A stretch of DNA of 64,000 nucleotides. It comes from an uncultured Chloroflexia bacterium. Its GTDB lineage: Bacteria > Chloroflexota > Limnocylindria > Limnocylindrales > CSP1-4. Of the stretch, positions 44,064 through 53,164 are shown one piece after another. Position numbers and translations under genes: made by a program. Under the pieces are notes generated by a model. That model did not search any database. It was not told the origin of the DNA and worked only from the letters and a program-made list of their open reading frames with translations. The DNA lies in NCBI GenBank assembly GCA_963776395.1, contig CAVZML010000010.1, forward strand, positions 35,504-99,503. Reading direction: 5' to 3'. Position 1 is the first letter of the stretch; each line of letters begins with the position of its first letter.

Positions 44064-44579
44064 CTATCGTGACGGTTCCGGCCCAAACCCGGCATGCGCC
44101 AGGATTGCCTCGACGACGGCGTCGACCGGCGCGGTCGTGGGAACCTCCAGCGAGGCGCGCCTGCGCAGGAGCGGCTCGATGGTCAGGGTGTCCTCCAGGA
44201 CCTTGACGAGCTCGTCGGGGCGCTTGCCGAAAGCGTTCGTCGTTCGCGTTCGCAGCCGCTCGATCATCACAGGCGTGGGGGTGCTGAGCAGGACGATGTG
44301 ATCGAACTGCGGGTAGAACCTCGCCTGGTTCGGGGCACATCCGCTCAGGAACAGGATGTCCGCGTCGTCGGTCGCGAGCAGCGCCGCGATGCGGTCCTCG
44401 CGCCAGACCCAGTCAAAGCCCGACGTCGACGATGGTCCATCGGGTTCACCTGGGACCCTGACCTGCTCGGACCAGCCAGGGTCGTCCGCGTCGACCGCCT
44501 TGTAGCCGCGAGCGGCGAGCTCGCGGATGGTCGTGGACTTGCCGGTCCCCGACATGCCCGTCACCAGCACGCGTTTCAT
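44064..44579 (-). CDS. P-loop NTPase / small-molecule-kinase-like protein
   Basis: Walker A VTGMSGTGKST. 171 aa. Confidence 0.6.
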   Translation of the reverse strand: MKRVLVTGMSGTGKSTTIRELAARGYKAVDADDPGWSEQVRVPGEPDGPSSTSGFDWVWREDRIAALLATDDADILFLSGCAPNQARFYPQFDHIVLLSTPTPVMIERLRTRTTNAFGKRPDELVKVLEDTLTIEPLLRRRASLEVPTTAPVDAVVEAILAHAGFGPEPSR

Positions 44580-44612
44580 GGCGGCACCGTAGCCGCTCGC
44601 CAGCGCTCGCGC

Positions 44613-46217
44613 TCAGGACGGGCGGGTGATACGCACGTCGTCAACGCCGGCCTCGACGGTCGAATCCGCGCCCCCGTCTGCTGCCTCGAACCGGATCCGG
44701 ATCGTCTGGCCCGCCCAGGCGTCCATCGACACCGTCGCCGTCTGCCACGCGCCCGCCACCACCGCGCCGGTCCCGGTGCGCTCCCAGACCGTCATCTGCG
44801 TCCCGTCCGCCTCGACGATCGCGCGCAGGTGGTCCGCCGCCGTTCCGCTCGCCGTGTGGGCGAACGCGAACCGGAAAATCAGCCGCTGCCCCGCCGCGGC
44901 CGGGAGCGCGACCGGTCCCGAGCGGACGGTGGTCACGCCGTCGAGGTCGTTCGTCCCGACGCTCGTCCCCGCGGCGAGACCGGTCACCAGGGCCGCCCGG
45001 CCTGACGGTGTCGTCCCGGGCTGCAGCGTGACGCCGCCCCTTGTGGTCGCCGCGGGATCGCCGCGGGTCCAGCGTGCGTTGGCAGGCGCCGTGTCGGTTC
45101 CGTCCGGGTTCACGGTCCACCCGCGGGCGACCTCCATGTCGTCGTCGAAGGCGCCGCACCGGGCATTCGCGACCGCCGTCCCCAGCACGGCGTAGGGGCA
45201 CCCGGCCCGCTCCGCGAGGTAGAGGACTGCGTTCCTGTTGCGAGCGGTCTCGGTCGCGATCACCGACGACTTCGGGTAGTCGACATTCGAGAGCTCGATC
45301 GTGTAGGCGAAGATCCGGTACACGCCGTATTCGTAGTCCCTGGTCGTGCCGGAGCTCACGTACAGGTCGCTCCCCTGTTCGGCGCGGTAGCCGTTGCTGG
45401 CCGCCATCGTCCTGCCGATGGCGACCAGGGCCGCGTGGTCCTGGCTCGTCATGTCGGCGGGGAGGTTCGCGAGGGTGTAGCCGTAGGGCCACATCACGAG
45501 GCGTGCGTATTCGTGGAACGAGATCGCGGTGCGGATCTGCTGGCGACCGTCCACGACGCGGCTCGCGAGGAAGTCGCGCATTGCGCGAGTCTCGGGTGCC
45601 GAGAACGCCTTCGGGCCGCGATAGGTGATGGCGAGCGGGTTGGCGCTCGTGCGGCCGCCACCGCCCCACCGGTAGCCGTAGTTGCGGTTGAGGTCGGTGC
45701 CGATGGCCGTCGTCCCGGCATTCGGCTGGCGATTCTTGCGCCAGTGGTGGAACCTGCCCCCGCTGATGTCGTACTCGGCGCCGTCCGGGTTCACCGCGAA
45801 CACGATCCAGATCTCGCGCGTGTCCACGATCTTCGTGATCCTCGGGTCCGTTCCGTATCCGTCCACCAGCCAGTGGAGGATGTGGAGCGTCATCTCGAGG
45901 CCCATGTGCTCGTCGGAGTGGTGGAGGCCGTCGTACAGGACCTCGGGCTCGGCTTCGTCCGTGGCAACGTTGTCACTGACCTTGGCCGCCCACAGCTGGC
46001 GCCCCTGGTAGCTCTTCCCGATCGAGAAGCGGCTGACGATATCGGGATGGGCGGCCGCGACTGCGGCGACCTCCGCCGTCATCTCGGCGTACGTGTGGTA
46101 GGCGGTCCAGCCGGCCGGGAAATCGGACGCGGCCCGGGCGGGCCCGACGCCGGCGAGAACTGCGAGGACCAGCGCGCCGGCTAGGGAGGGGAGCGTGCGG
46201 CGGATCGAAGGAGGCAT
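44613..46217 (-). CDS. secreted M14-family zinc carboxypeptidase with a C-terminal beta-rich domain
   Basis: ATG at 46217 gives the signal MPPSIRRTLPSLAGALVLAVLAGVGPARA. Zn motif GLHHSDEHMG, plus NPDGAEYD. Confidence 0.8.
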   Translation of the reverse strand: MPPSIRRTLPSLAGALVLAVLAGVGPARAASDFPAGWTAYHTYAEMTAEVAAVAAAHPDIVSRFSIGKSYQGRQLWAAKVSDNVATDEAEPEVLYDGLHHSDEHMGLEMTLHILHWLVDGYGTDPRITKIVDTREIWIVFAVNPDGAEYDISGGRFHHWRKNRQPNAGTTAIGTDLNRNYGYRWGGGGRTSANPLAITYRGPKAFSAPETRAMRDFLASRVVDGRQQIRTAISFHEYARLVMWPYGYTLANLPADMTSQDHAALVAIGRTMAASNGYRAEQGSDLYVSSGTTRDYEYGVYRIFAYTIELSNVDYPKSSVIATETARNRNAVLYLAERAGCPYAVLGTAVANARCGAFDDDMEVARGWTVNPDGTDTAPANARWTRGDPAATTRGGVTLQPGTTPSGRAALVTGLAAGTSVGTNDLDGVTTVRSGPVALPAAAGQRLIFRFAFAHTASGTAADHLRAIVEADGTQMTVWERTGTGAVVAGAWQTATVSMDAWAGQTIRIRFEAADGGADSTVEAGVDDVRITRPS

Positions 46218-46256
46218 TGCGCCAGTCTGGGGCGTCGCGTCGGATCGCGCACCGGC

Positions 46257-46378
46257 CCGGAGGTCCCGCAGCACCCCGGAGGTTCCGCGTCGCCCGGAGG
46301 TCCCGCTCCGGAGGTTCCGCGCCACCGAAGGCTCCGCGTCGCCCGGAGATCCCGTATCGCCCGGAGGTTTCGCGCCAC
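46257..46378. repeat. seven ~18-nt direct repeats (CCGGAGGTYCCGC + 1-6 nt) in a divergent promoter region
   Basis: Units start at 46257, 46276, 46294, 46308, 46325, 46343 and 46361. Confidence 0.75.
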
Positions 46379-46393
46379 GGCCGCCGCCGGGAC

Positions 46394-46399
46394 TAGACT
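46394..46399 (+). promoter_or_regulatory. -10-like TAGACT upstream of the P5C-dehydrogenase operon
   Basis: The sequence reads gggacTAGACTggcc, about 65 nt before the ATG at 46466. GGGAG Shine-Dalgarno near the start. Confidence 0.45.
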
Positions 46400-46465
46400 G
46401 GCCCCAATGACCGTCCTCGAGCCGCGCGCCGCCGAATCCGCGGACGCGCCCCACGGGAGCCTGCG

Positions 46466-48034
46466 ATGACCGCCCAGCGCATCAAGATCACCTACGCGAC
46501 GCTGCGCGCCGACAACGAGGAGCTGCACGCGCTCTACGAGGCCGGTCTCGAGAAGGCCAGGGGCCGCCTCGGGGCGTACCACCGCAACTACGTCGACGGC
46601 GCCGAGCGTGACGGCGAGGGGGTCTTCGAGGTCCGCTCGCCCATCGACACCGACATCGTCGTCGGCACCTTCGCGAAGGGGACCCGCGACGATGTGCGGG
46701 ACGCGATCGCCGCGGCCCGTCGCGCGCAGCCGGCGTGGTTCCGCATGGGCTGGGAGAAGCGCCTCGCGATCCTGAGGGCAGCCGCGGAGCTGATCTCCGA
46801 GCGCCAGATGGAGTACGGCGGCCTGATGGCGATCGAGGTGGGCAAGACGCGGATGGAGGCCCTGGGCGAGGTCGAGGAGGCGGCCGACCTCATCCGCTAC
46901 TACGCGAAGACGGCCGAGGACAACGCGTTCTACGACCATCCGATGGACAACCTGGGCGACGCGGCCGTGCATACGCGATCGATCCTCCGGCCGCACGGCG
47001 TGTTCGCGGTGATCTCCCCGTTCAACTTCCCGATGGCCCTCGCCGTCGGTCCGACCTCCGCGGCGATGATGGCCGGCAACGCGGTGATCCTCAAGCCGGC
47101 CTCCGCTTCTGCGATGACGGCGGTCGCGATCCTCGAGGCTTACCGCGACGCGGGCGTCCCGGACGGCGTGTTCAACCTGGTGATGGGCCCGGGCGGCACG
47201 GTCGGAGCCGAGCTCCAGGAGAACCCGGGCATCGACGGCATCGTGTTCACGGGCTCGTACGAGGTGGGGTTCGACCTCTTCCGCAACTTCTCGAAGCGCT
47301 ACCCGCGGCCGTGCATCGTGGAGATGGGCGGCAAGAACCCGGCGATCGTGCTCAGGAGCGCGGATCTCGAGGAGGCGGCCGAGGGCGTCATGCGCGCGTC
47401 GTTCGGCTTCGGCGGCCAGAAATGCTCGGCCAACAGCCGCGTCTACGTGGAGCGGCCGGTCCACGACGAGTTCGTCCAGGCCCTGGTCGAGAAGACCGAG
47501 AAGCTCGTGGTGGGCGACCCGCTGCCCAGGACGGCGTTCCTCGGCCCGGTGATCGACCAGGCGGCGGTCGACCGCCACCAGCAGGCAGTCGCCGAGGCGC
47601 GCCGCGACGGCGTCGTGTTCACAGGCGGCGAACGCCTGGCGGACGGTGACCTGGCCCGCGGGTACTACGTGGAACCGACGGTCGTGGGTCTGCCGGCCTC
47701 CCACCGCCTCTTCCAGGACGAGCTGTTCGCGCCGTTCGTCGCCGTCGCGGCGGTCGACTCGCTGGACGAGGCGCTCGCTCTCGCCAATGACAACCTGTAC
47801 GGCCTGACCGCGGGCGTCTACAGCGAGGACCCCGCCGAGGTGCAGCAGTTCCTCGAGGAGATCCACGCCGGCGTGCTGTACGTCAACCGCCGTGCCGGTG
47901 CGACCACGGGCGCCTGGCCGGGCGTGCAGGCCTTCGGCGGCTGGAAGGGCTCGGGCTCGACAGGCAAGTCCGGCCTGTCGATGTACTACGTCGCGCAGTT
48001 CCTGCGGGAGCAGAGCCACACCGTCGTCGACTGA
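46466..48034 (+). CDS. aldehyde dehydrogenase, L-glutamate-gamma-semialdehyde (P5C) dehydrogenase type
   Basis: Motifs VISPFNFP, EMGGKNP, FGFGGQKCSA (catalytic Cys) and FGGWKGSGSTGK. Confidence 0.8.
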   Translation: MTAQRIKITYATLRADNEELHALYEAGLEKARGRLGAYHRNYVDGAERDGEGVFEVRSPIDTDIVVGTFAKGTRDDVRDAIAAARRAQPAWFRMGWEKRLAILRAAAELISERQMEYGGLMAIEVGKTRMEALGEVEEAADLIRYYAKTAEDNAFYDHPMDNLGDAAVHTRSILRPHGVFAVISPFNFPMALAVGPTSAAMMAGNAVILKPASASAMTAVAILEAYRDAGVPDGVFNLVMGPGGTVGAELQENPGIDGIVFTGSYEVGFDLFRNFSKRYPRPCIVEMGGKNPAIVLRSADLEEAAEGVMRASFGFGGQKCSANSRVYVERPVHDEFVQALVEKTEKLVVGDPLPRTAFLGPVIDQAAVDRHQQAVAEARRDGVVFTGGERLADGDLARGYYVEPTVVGLPASHRLFQDELFAPFVAVAAVDSLDEALALANDNLYGLTAGVYSEDPAEVQQFLEEIHAGVLYVNRRAGATTGAWPGVQAFGGWKGSGSTGKSGLSMYYVAQFLREQSHTVVD

Positions 48035-48045
48035 CGCCGGTTCGG

Positions 48046-48615
48046 ATGGCCCATGGGCCTGGCCCGTACCCCATGCGCGGGTCGCGGGCGCCTCGGGCGC
48101 CGCGGGCGCTCCTGGTGCCGCGGGCGCTCCTCGCGGCGGCATTGCTCGCGGCTGTGGCAGTGCCGGTCGGCGGCTGCTCGCTGATCCCGGACTTCGCCAC
48201 TCCGCCGCCCTCCGGCGTCGTGGACCCGGAACTGCCGCTCGGGGTCCGGGTCTTCACGCCACCGGCCGAGATGGCGGTGCACGTCTCGAATGGAACAACC
48301 ATCCCCGTCACGGTGACCGTCGGTGACGCGTTCCGCCGCGACGTCGCGCCCGGCCAAGGCGCAGACCTGACCGCCGCCGACCTGCCTGGCCTGCCTTGGG
48401 ACGTGAAAGTCCGGACGTCGTCTGGCCGCGTGCTCGCGGAGCTACCCGTCAACGCCGCGTCCGTGTGGCGACTCCGGCACGCGGACGGGAGCACCGAGGC
48501 GCAGGGTGCGGGGGCTCGCGTGGACCTCTCCTGCGGGATGCTCGTCATCTGGTCCGGCTTCCCAATGGGCGGTCCGGTGCCCGGCGCGGGCGTCCCCGGC
48601 GACTGCGCGCCGTAG
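48046..48615 (+). CDS. hypothetical lipoprotein
   Basis: Signal plus lipobox LLAAVAVPVGGCS. An alternative start is the ATG at 48073. Confidence 0.55.
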   Translation: MAHGPGPYPMRGSRAPRAPRALLVPRALLAAALLAAVAVPVGGCSLIPDFATPPPSGVVDPELPLGVRVFTPPAEMAVHVSNGTTIPVTVTVGDAFRRDVAPGQGADLTAADLPGLPWDVKVRTSSGRVLAELPVNAASVWRLRHADGSTEAQGAGARVDLSCGMLVIWSGFPMGGPVPGAGVPGDCAP

Positions 48616-49087
48616 GGCGTCGTCTGCCGCATGCCGGGCGCCCGCAGCAGCCCATCATCACAGACACCCATGGAGTGAGTGACAATCGCCGACATGCGCA
48701 GGCCCCAGCGCGTCGACGGGCCGGACGCCGGCGCCACCCAGCGCGGGCGAGCTCCGCCGGCCCTCGAGCGAGCGGCGAGCGAGCCCTGGACCTCACCGGC
48801 CACTTACCAGATGGGTGCTTGCGCAACTCCACCGGGTCCGACCTGCGCTTGTACCCGGGCCACGGGTGGCCGATCGGCGCGGCCGGGCTGTCGCGGGGTT
48901 ACCAAGCACCCCGTGAGTGTCTGCCCACCAAAGCCGACGAGGCCCTGGTTTGAACTCCCCTGGTGAGTGGATGGAAGGTCCCGAGACGGACGTGGATGGC
49001 CTCATCCACGCGCTCCCGGCACCCCGTCCAGGGGACTTTCGGACCCCTTCCCCACCCGCACCCCTCTGCTATGCTGATATTCACTCT

Positions 49088-49102
49088 GCATAGGATCTAT
49101 GC
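49088..49102. promoter_or_regulatory. perfect palindrome GCATAG-gat-CTATGC next to -10-like TATGCT/GATATT upstream of the aminotransferase gene
   Basis: It sits in an AT-rich island at 49065-49105. TATGCT is at 49070-49075. The palindrome lies 13 nt downstream of it. Confidence 0.5.
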
Positions 49103-49148
49103 GCATTGGGCTCGGCCCCGCCCGCTGCCAAGCACCCTAGGAGGCCCC

Positions 49149-50504
49149 GTGACCACCCCGCTCCAGGACCGTCGCATCCCGGACCTCGTGACCGAGCTGC
49201 CCGGCCCCAGGGCCCGTGCCCACATCGAGTTCGATCACGCCTGGACGAGTCCCAGCCTCCCCCGCGCATACCCGATCGTTCCCGTCCGTGGCCTCGGCTG
49301 TGCCGTCGAGGACATCGACGGCAACGTGTTCCTCGACTTCGCGGCCGGGATCGCCGTCAACAGCACCGGCCACAGCCATCCGGCGGTCGTCGCCGCGATC
49401 CAGGCCCAGGCCGCCGAGCTCCAGCACTTCTCCGCCAGCGACTTCTACCTGCCGATCTACGCGACGGCCGCGGCGGAGCTCGCCCGCATCGCCCCCATGA
49501 AGGGCCCGAAGCGCACGTTCATCGGCAACTCAGGCGCCGAGGTGGTCGAGGCGAGCCTGAAGCTCGCCCGATATCACACGCGCCGCCAGAACGTCATCGC
49601 GTTCCTCGGCGCGTTCCACGGCCGGACCATGGGTGCCGTGAGCCTGACGGCCAGCAAGGCCAAGTACCGTGCGCACTTCGGCCCCCTCCTCCCCGGCGTC
49701 CACCACGTGCCGTACGGAAACGAGGGTCTCGAGGAGATCGAGAGCCGGATCTTCAGGCGCCTCATGCCGGCCGACGAGTTCGCCGCCGTCATCGTGGAGC
49801 CGATCCAGGGCGAGGGTGGCTATGTCGTCCCCGAGGTCGACTTCCTGCCGCGCCTCCGCGAGCTGTGCGACCGCCACGGGATCCTCCTCATCGCCGACGA
49901 GGTGCAGTCCGGCGCCGGGCGCACCGGCCGGATGTGGGCGATCGAGCACTGGGGCGTGGAGCCGGACATCCTGCTCACGGCCAAGGGCATCGCCTCCGGC
50001 ATGCCCGTGGGCGCGATGATCGCGAAGGCCGAGATCATGAGCTGGGGTCCCGGGGCGCATGGCAGCACCTACGGTGGCAACCCCGTCGCGCTGGCCGCGC
50101 TCCTCGAGACGATCAAGCTCCTCGAGGGCGGCCTCATGGCCAACGCGGAGGCTCGCGGCAACCAGGTCCAGGACGGCCTCCGGCCGCTCGTGGACCGCTT
50201 CCCGGGGATCATGAAGGACGTCCGCGGGAAGGGCCTCATGATCGGCGTCCAGTTCGACTCCGGCATGACGGCCGAGGCCGTGCAGATGCAGGCGTTCGAC
50301 CGTGGGCTCCTGGTGCTCGGGGCCGGCGAGGACTGCGTCCGGATGTCACCGCCCCTCGTCGTCACGCAGGCCGAGACCGAGACCGCCATCCGCCTGTTCA
50401 CGGAGTCTGTCGCGCACGTGGCACACAACCGCGGGGAGGCCGTGGCCGAGGTGCTGGCCGACGTCGAGATGGGCCTGGCGGCCGCCGCGACCGGCGAAGG
50501 CTGA
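49149..50504 (+). CDS. gabT: class-III aminotransferase (4-aminobutyrate / omega-amino-acid type)
   Basis: GTG at 49149 after AGGAGG. Motifs DGNVFLDFAAGIAVNSTGHSHP, LIADEVQSGAGRTG and LLTAKGIASG. Confidence 0.8.
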   Translation: MTTPLQDRRIPDLVTELPGPRARAHIEFDHAWTSPSLPRAYPIVPVRGLGCAVEDIDGNVFLDFAAGIAVNSTGHSHPAVVAAIQAQAAELQHFSASDFYLPIYATAAAELARIAPMKGPKRTFIGNSGAEVVEASLKLARYHTRRQNVIAFLGAFHGRTMGAVSLTASKAKYRAHFGPLLPGVHHVPYGNEGLEEIESRIFRRLMPADEFAAVIVEPIQGEGGYVVPEVDFLPRLRELCDRHGILLIADEVQSGAGRTGRMWAIEHWGVEPDILLTAKGIASGMPVGAMIAKAEIMSWGPGAHGSTYGGNPVALAALLETIKLLEGGLMANAEARGNQVQDGLRPLVDRFPGIMKDVRGKGLMIGVQFDSGMTAEAVQMQAFDRGLLVLGAGEDCVRMSPPLVVTQAETETAIRLFTESVAHVAHNRGEAVAEVLADVEMGLAAAATGEG

Positions 50505-50536
50505 CCCGCCCGGCACGCGACGGGAGGAGGACGACC

Positions 50537-51466
50537 ATTTCCGGCAAGGTCGCCTCGATGCGGGACGCGATCGCCGACCTCGTGCGGGACGGCGACACGG
50601 TCGCGATCGAGGGGTTCACGCACCTGATCGGCTTCTCCGCCGGCCACGAGATCATCCGCCAGCGCCGGCGGGACCTGACCCTCGCCCGGATGACGCCGGA
50701 CCTCATCTACGACCAGATGATCGCCGGCGGCGTCGCCCGCAAGCTGATCTTCTCCTGGCTCGGCAACCCCGGCGTCGGCGGGCTCAACGCGATCCGCCGC
50801 CGCATCGAGCCGGCGTCGGTGGGGCCCGGCGGGAAGGCCCTCGAGATCGAGGAGTACAGCCACTTCGGCATGGTCGCGCGCTACACCGCCGGCGCCGCGA
50901 ACCTGCCGTTCATGCCGCTGCGCTCCTACTTCGAGACCGACCTGCCCAAGGCGAACCCGCTCATCCGCGAGATCCGGTCGCCCTACTCGGACGAGACCGT
51001 CTACGCCGTGCCGCCACTCAACCCCGACGTCACGGTCATCCACGCCCAGCGCGCGGACGCGAACGGGAACACCCAGATCTGGGGCCTCCTCGGCTGCCAG
51101 AAGGAGGCCGCCTTCGCCGCCGATCGCGTGATCGTCGTGGTCGAGGACCTGGTGGACGAGGCGGTGATCCGCGCGGATCCGAACCGGACGGTGATCCCGG
51201 GGCTGATCGTGGACGCCGTGGTCGTGGACCCGTTCGGGGCCCACCCCTCCTACGTCCAGGGCGCCTACGACCGCGACAACCGGTTCTACCTGGACTGGGA
51301 CCCCATCAGCCGGGACGAGGATAAGACCCAGGCCTGGCTGCGCGACTGGGTCTATGACCTGCCTGACCGCGAGGCCTACGTCCAGAAGCTGGGCGAGGAG
51401 CGTGTCGCCGCCCTGCGGCCCGGCAGCGCGCCCTCGGGCAGCGTCGACTATGGGCGGTACGGCTGA
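50537..51466 (+). CDS. CoA-transferase subunit A (glutaconate/3-oxoacid type)
   Basis: Sequence ISGKVASMRDAIADLVRDGDTVAIEGFTHL... GGAGGAGGA lies 5 nt upstream of an ATT codon at 50537. The next ATG (50558) is 27 nt from the SD, so the start codon is uncertain. Confidence 0.7.
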   Translation: MSGKVASMRDAIADLVRDGDTVAIEGFTHLIGFSAGHEIIRQRRRDLTLARMTPDLIYDQMIAGGVARKLIFSWLGNPGVGGLNAIRRRIEPASVGPGGKALEIEEYSHFGMVARYTAGAANLPFMPLRSYFETDLPKANPLIREIRSPYSDETVYAVPPLNPDVTVIHAQRADANGNTQIWGLLGCQKEAAFAADRVIVVVEDLVDEAVIRADPNRTVIPGLIVDAVVVDPFGAHPSYVQGAYDRDNRFYLDWDPISRDEDKTQAWLRDWVYDLPDREAYVQKLGEERVAALRPGSAPSGSVDYGRYG

Positions 51467-51834
51467 TGGCGACGGTCCGCTACCTCGTGGCCGACGTCGA
51501 ACGGTCGATGGCCTTCTACCGTGACCTCCTCGGCTTCGAGGAGGGCTTCGACATGCTCCCGGCCTTCGCGATGATCCGGCTGGGCGACCTCTCGCTATGG
51601 CTGGCTGGTCCGACATCGTCTGCGGCACGGCCCATGCCGGACGGTGCGCGTCCCGTGCCCGGGGGCTGGAACCGGTTCGTCGTCGAGGTGGACGATCTCG
51701 CGCCGCTCGTGACACGCCTGCGCGAGGCCGGTGCGACGTTCCGCAACGACATCGTCAGCGGCCCGGGCGGGAAGCAGATCCTGCTCGAGGACCCCGACGG
51801 CAACCCTGTCGAGCTGTTCGAGGCCCGGCAATGA
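51466..51834 (+). CDS. VOC-family (glyoxalase/bleomycin-resistance fold) protein
   Basis: Sequence MATVRYLVADVERSMAFYRDLLGFE...ILLEDPDGNPVELFE. ATGA overlaps on both sides. Confidence 0.75.
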   Translation: MATVRYLVADVERSMAFYRDLLGFEEGFDMLPAFAMIRLGDLSLWLAGPTSSAARPMPDGARPVPGGWNRFVVEVDDLAPLVTRLREAGATFRNDIVSGPGGKQILLEDPDGNPVELFEARQ

Positions 51835-52619
51835 GCGATCCGCAGGGCCCGGCCTTCTCCAAGAACGAGATGATGATCGTCGCGGCCGCGCGCGAGCTCG
51901 TCGGCCAGCACGTCTGCTTCGTCGGCGTCGGCCTCCCGAACATCGCCGTCAACCTCGCCAAGCGGACGATCGCGCCCGACCTGGAGCTCGTGTACGAGGC
52001 CGGCGTGTTCGGGGCCCGCCCGGCCCGGCTGCCGCTCTCGATCGGGGACCCGACGATCGTGACGGGGGCGACGGCAGTGGTCTCGATGTTCGAGCTGTTC
52101 GCGTTCTACCTGCAGCGCGGGCTGATCGACGTGGGCTTCCTGGGCGCGGCGCAGATCGATCGGTTCGGCAACCTCAACTCCACGGTCATCGGGGACTACG
52201 CCGCGCCGAAGACGCGGCTGCCGGGCTCCGGCGGCGCGTGCGAGATCGCGATCAACGCGCGGAACGTGTTCGTGATCATGCGCCAGTCCTCGCGCTCGTT
52301 CGTCGACCGGATCGACTTCCGGACCTCGCCCGGGAACCTCGGCGGGGCGGAGCAGGCCGAGCGGATCCGCCGGGCCGGCGGCTGGCACGGGCGCGGGCCG
52401 TCCGTGGTCGTGACCGACCTCGGGATCTGGCACTTCGACGACGACGGCGAGATGCGGCTCGACTTCCTGCACCCCGGCGCGACCCTGGAGGAGGTCCGTG
52501 CGACGATCGCCTGGGCGCCCCGGATCAGCCCGGACCTGCGCACCACCCCTGCCCCGACCGCGGACGAGCTGCGACTCGTCCGCGAGGAACTGGACCCCGA
52601 GGGCGTCTACACCAGGTAG
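51831..52619 (+). CDS. CoA-transferase subunit B
   Basis: Motifs VGVGLPN, GAAQIDRFGNLNSTVIG and LPGSGGACEIA. Confidence 0.75.
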   Translation: MSDPQGPAFSKNEMMIVAAARELVGQHVCFVGVGLPNIAVNLAKRTIAPDLELVYEAGVFGARPARLPLSIGDPTIVTGATAVVSMFELFAFYLQRGLIDVGFLGAAQIDRFGNLNSTVIGDYAAPKTRLPGSGGACEIAINARNVFVIMRQSSRSFVDRIDFRTSPGNLGGAEQAERIRRAGGWHGRGPSVVVTDLGIWHFDDDGEMRLDFLHPGATLEEVRATIAWAPRISPDLRTTPAPTADELRLVREELDPEGVYTR

Positions 52620-52731
52620 ACCCGCTCGTCCTACGCGTCTGATCCTTTCCTCGGCCACCTTGCTACCTCGCTGCCTCGGGGTCTCGCCTCCCTGGCGTCC
52701 CTCACGGCGCACCCGGCCCCGACGACCCACA

Positions 52732-52812
52732 CCACGGGCTCGGCGTCGCGCCCCGCGCCACGGGCTCGGCGTCGCGCCCCGCGCCACGGGCTCGGCGTGG
52801 CGCCCGCGCCAC
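52732..52812. repeat. 26-nt tandem repeat x3, each unit containing a GTSGCGC-N2-3-GCGCCAC palindrome
   Basis: Units CCACGGGCTCGGCGTCGCGCCCCGCG at 52732, 52758 and 52784. Palindromes at 52745-52761, 52771-52787 and 52797-52812. Confidence 0.8.
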
Positions 52813-52920
52813 GAAACCAGGGTTCCGAGGCGGAAAGTGCCCGTGTGTGCGGGTTCGTGGCGTGTGGCACCACGAAGGAGGGCTGATCCCGCTCTCGTGC
52901 CTGCGACGAGCCGCCGAGAA

Positions 52921-53065
52921 CCGGAATCGTGGTGCTAAGCGCCACGGGCCACGACGCGGGCCCGGAACCGTGGCGCTACGCGCCACGCGCCGCCACGCGG
53001 CACCGCCCAGACCTGGAACCGTGGCGCTACGCGCCACGCACCGCCAACGCGGCACCCAACCGACA
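52921..53065. repeat. three 41-51-nt units with perfect 7-bp-stem palindromes GTGGCGC-TAC-GCGCCAC preceded by CCGGAAYC
   Basis: Palindromes at 52929-52945 (one G-T pair), 52970-52986 and 53021-53037. The flanking CGCCRMCGCGGCAC motif is also repeated. Confidence 0.8.
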
Positions 53066-53164
53066 CGGTGCCCGGCCGCCCCGCCACGCGGCAACGCCGC
53101 GGCAATGACGACTCCCGGGATCGTGCGCTGGCCGCATCCCGGATCACCCGGCGACCGGATGTGC

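Noticed and set aside
52921-53065. CRISPR array
   Set aside because: The repeats are only about 26 nt, with 15- and 25-nt irregular 'spacers' that are themselves repeated. The units are palindromic and there are no cas genes in the window. A REP-like interpretation fits better.
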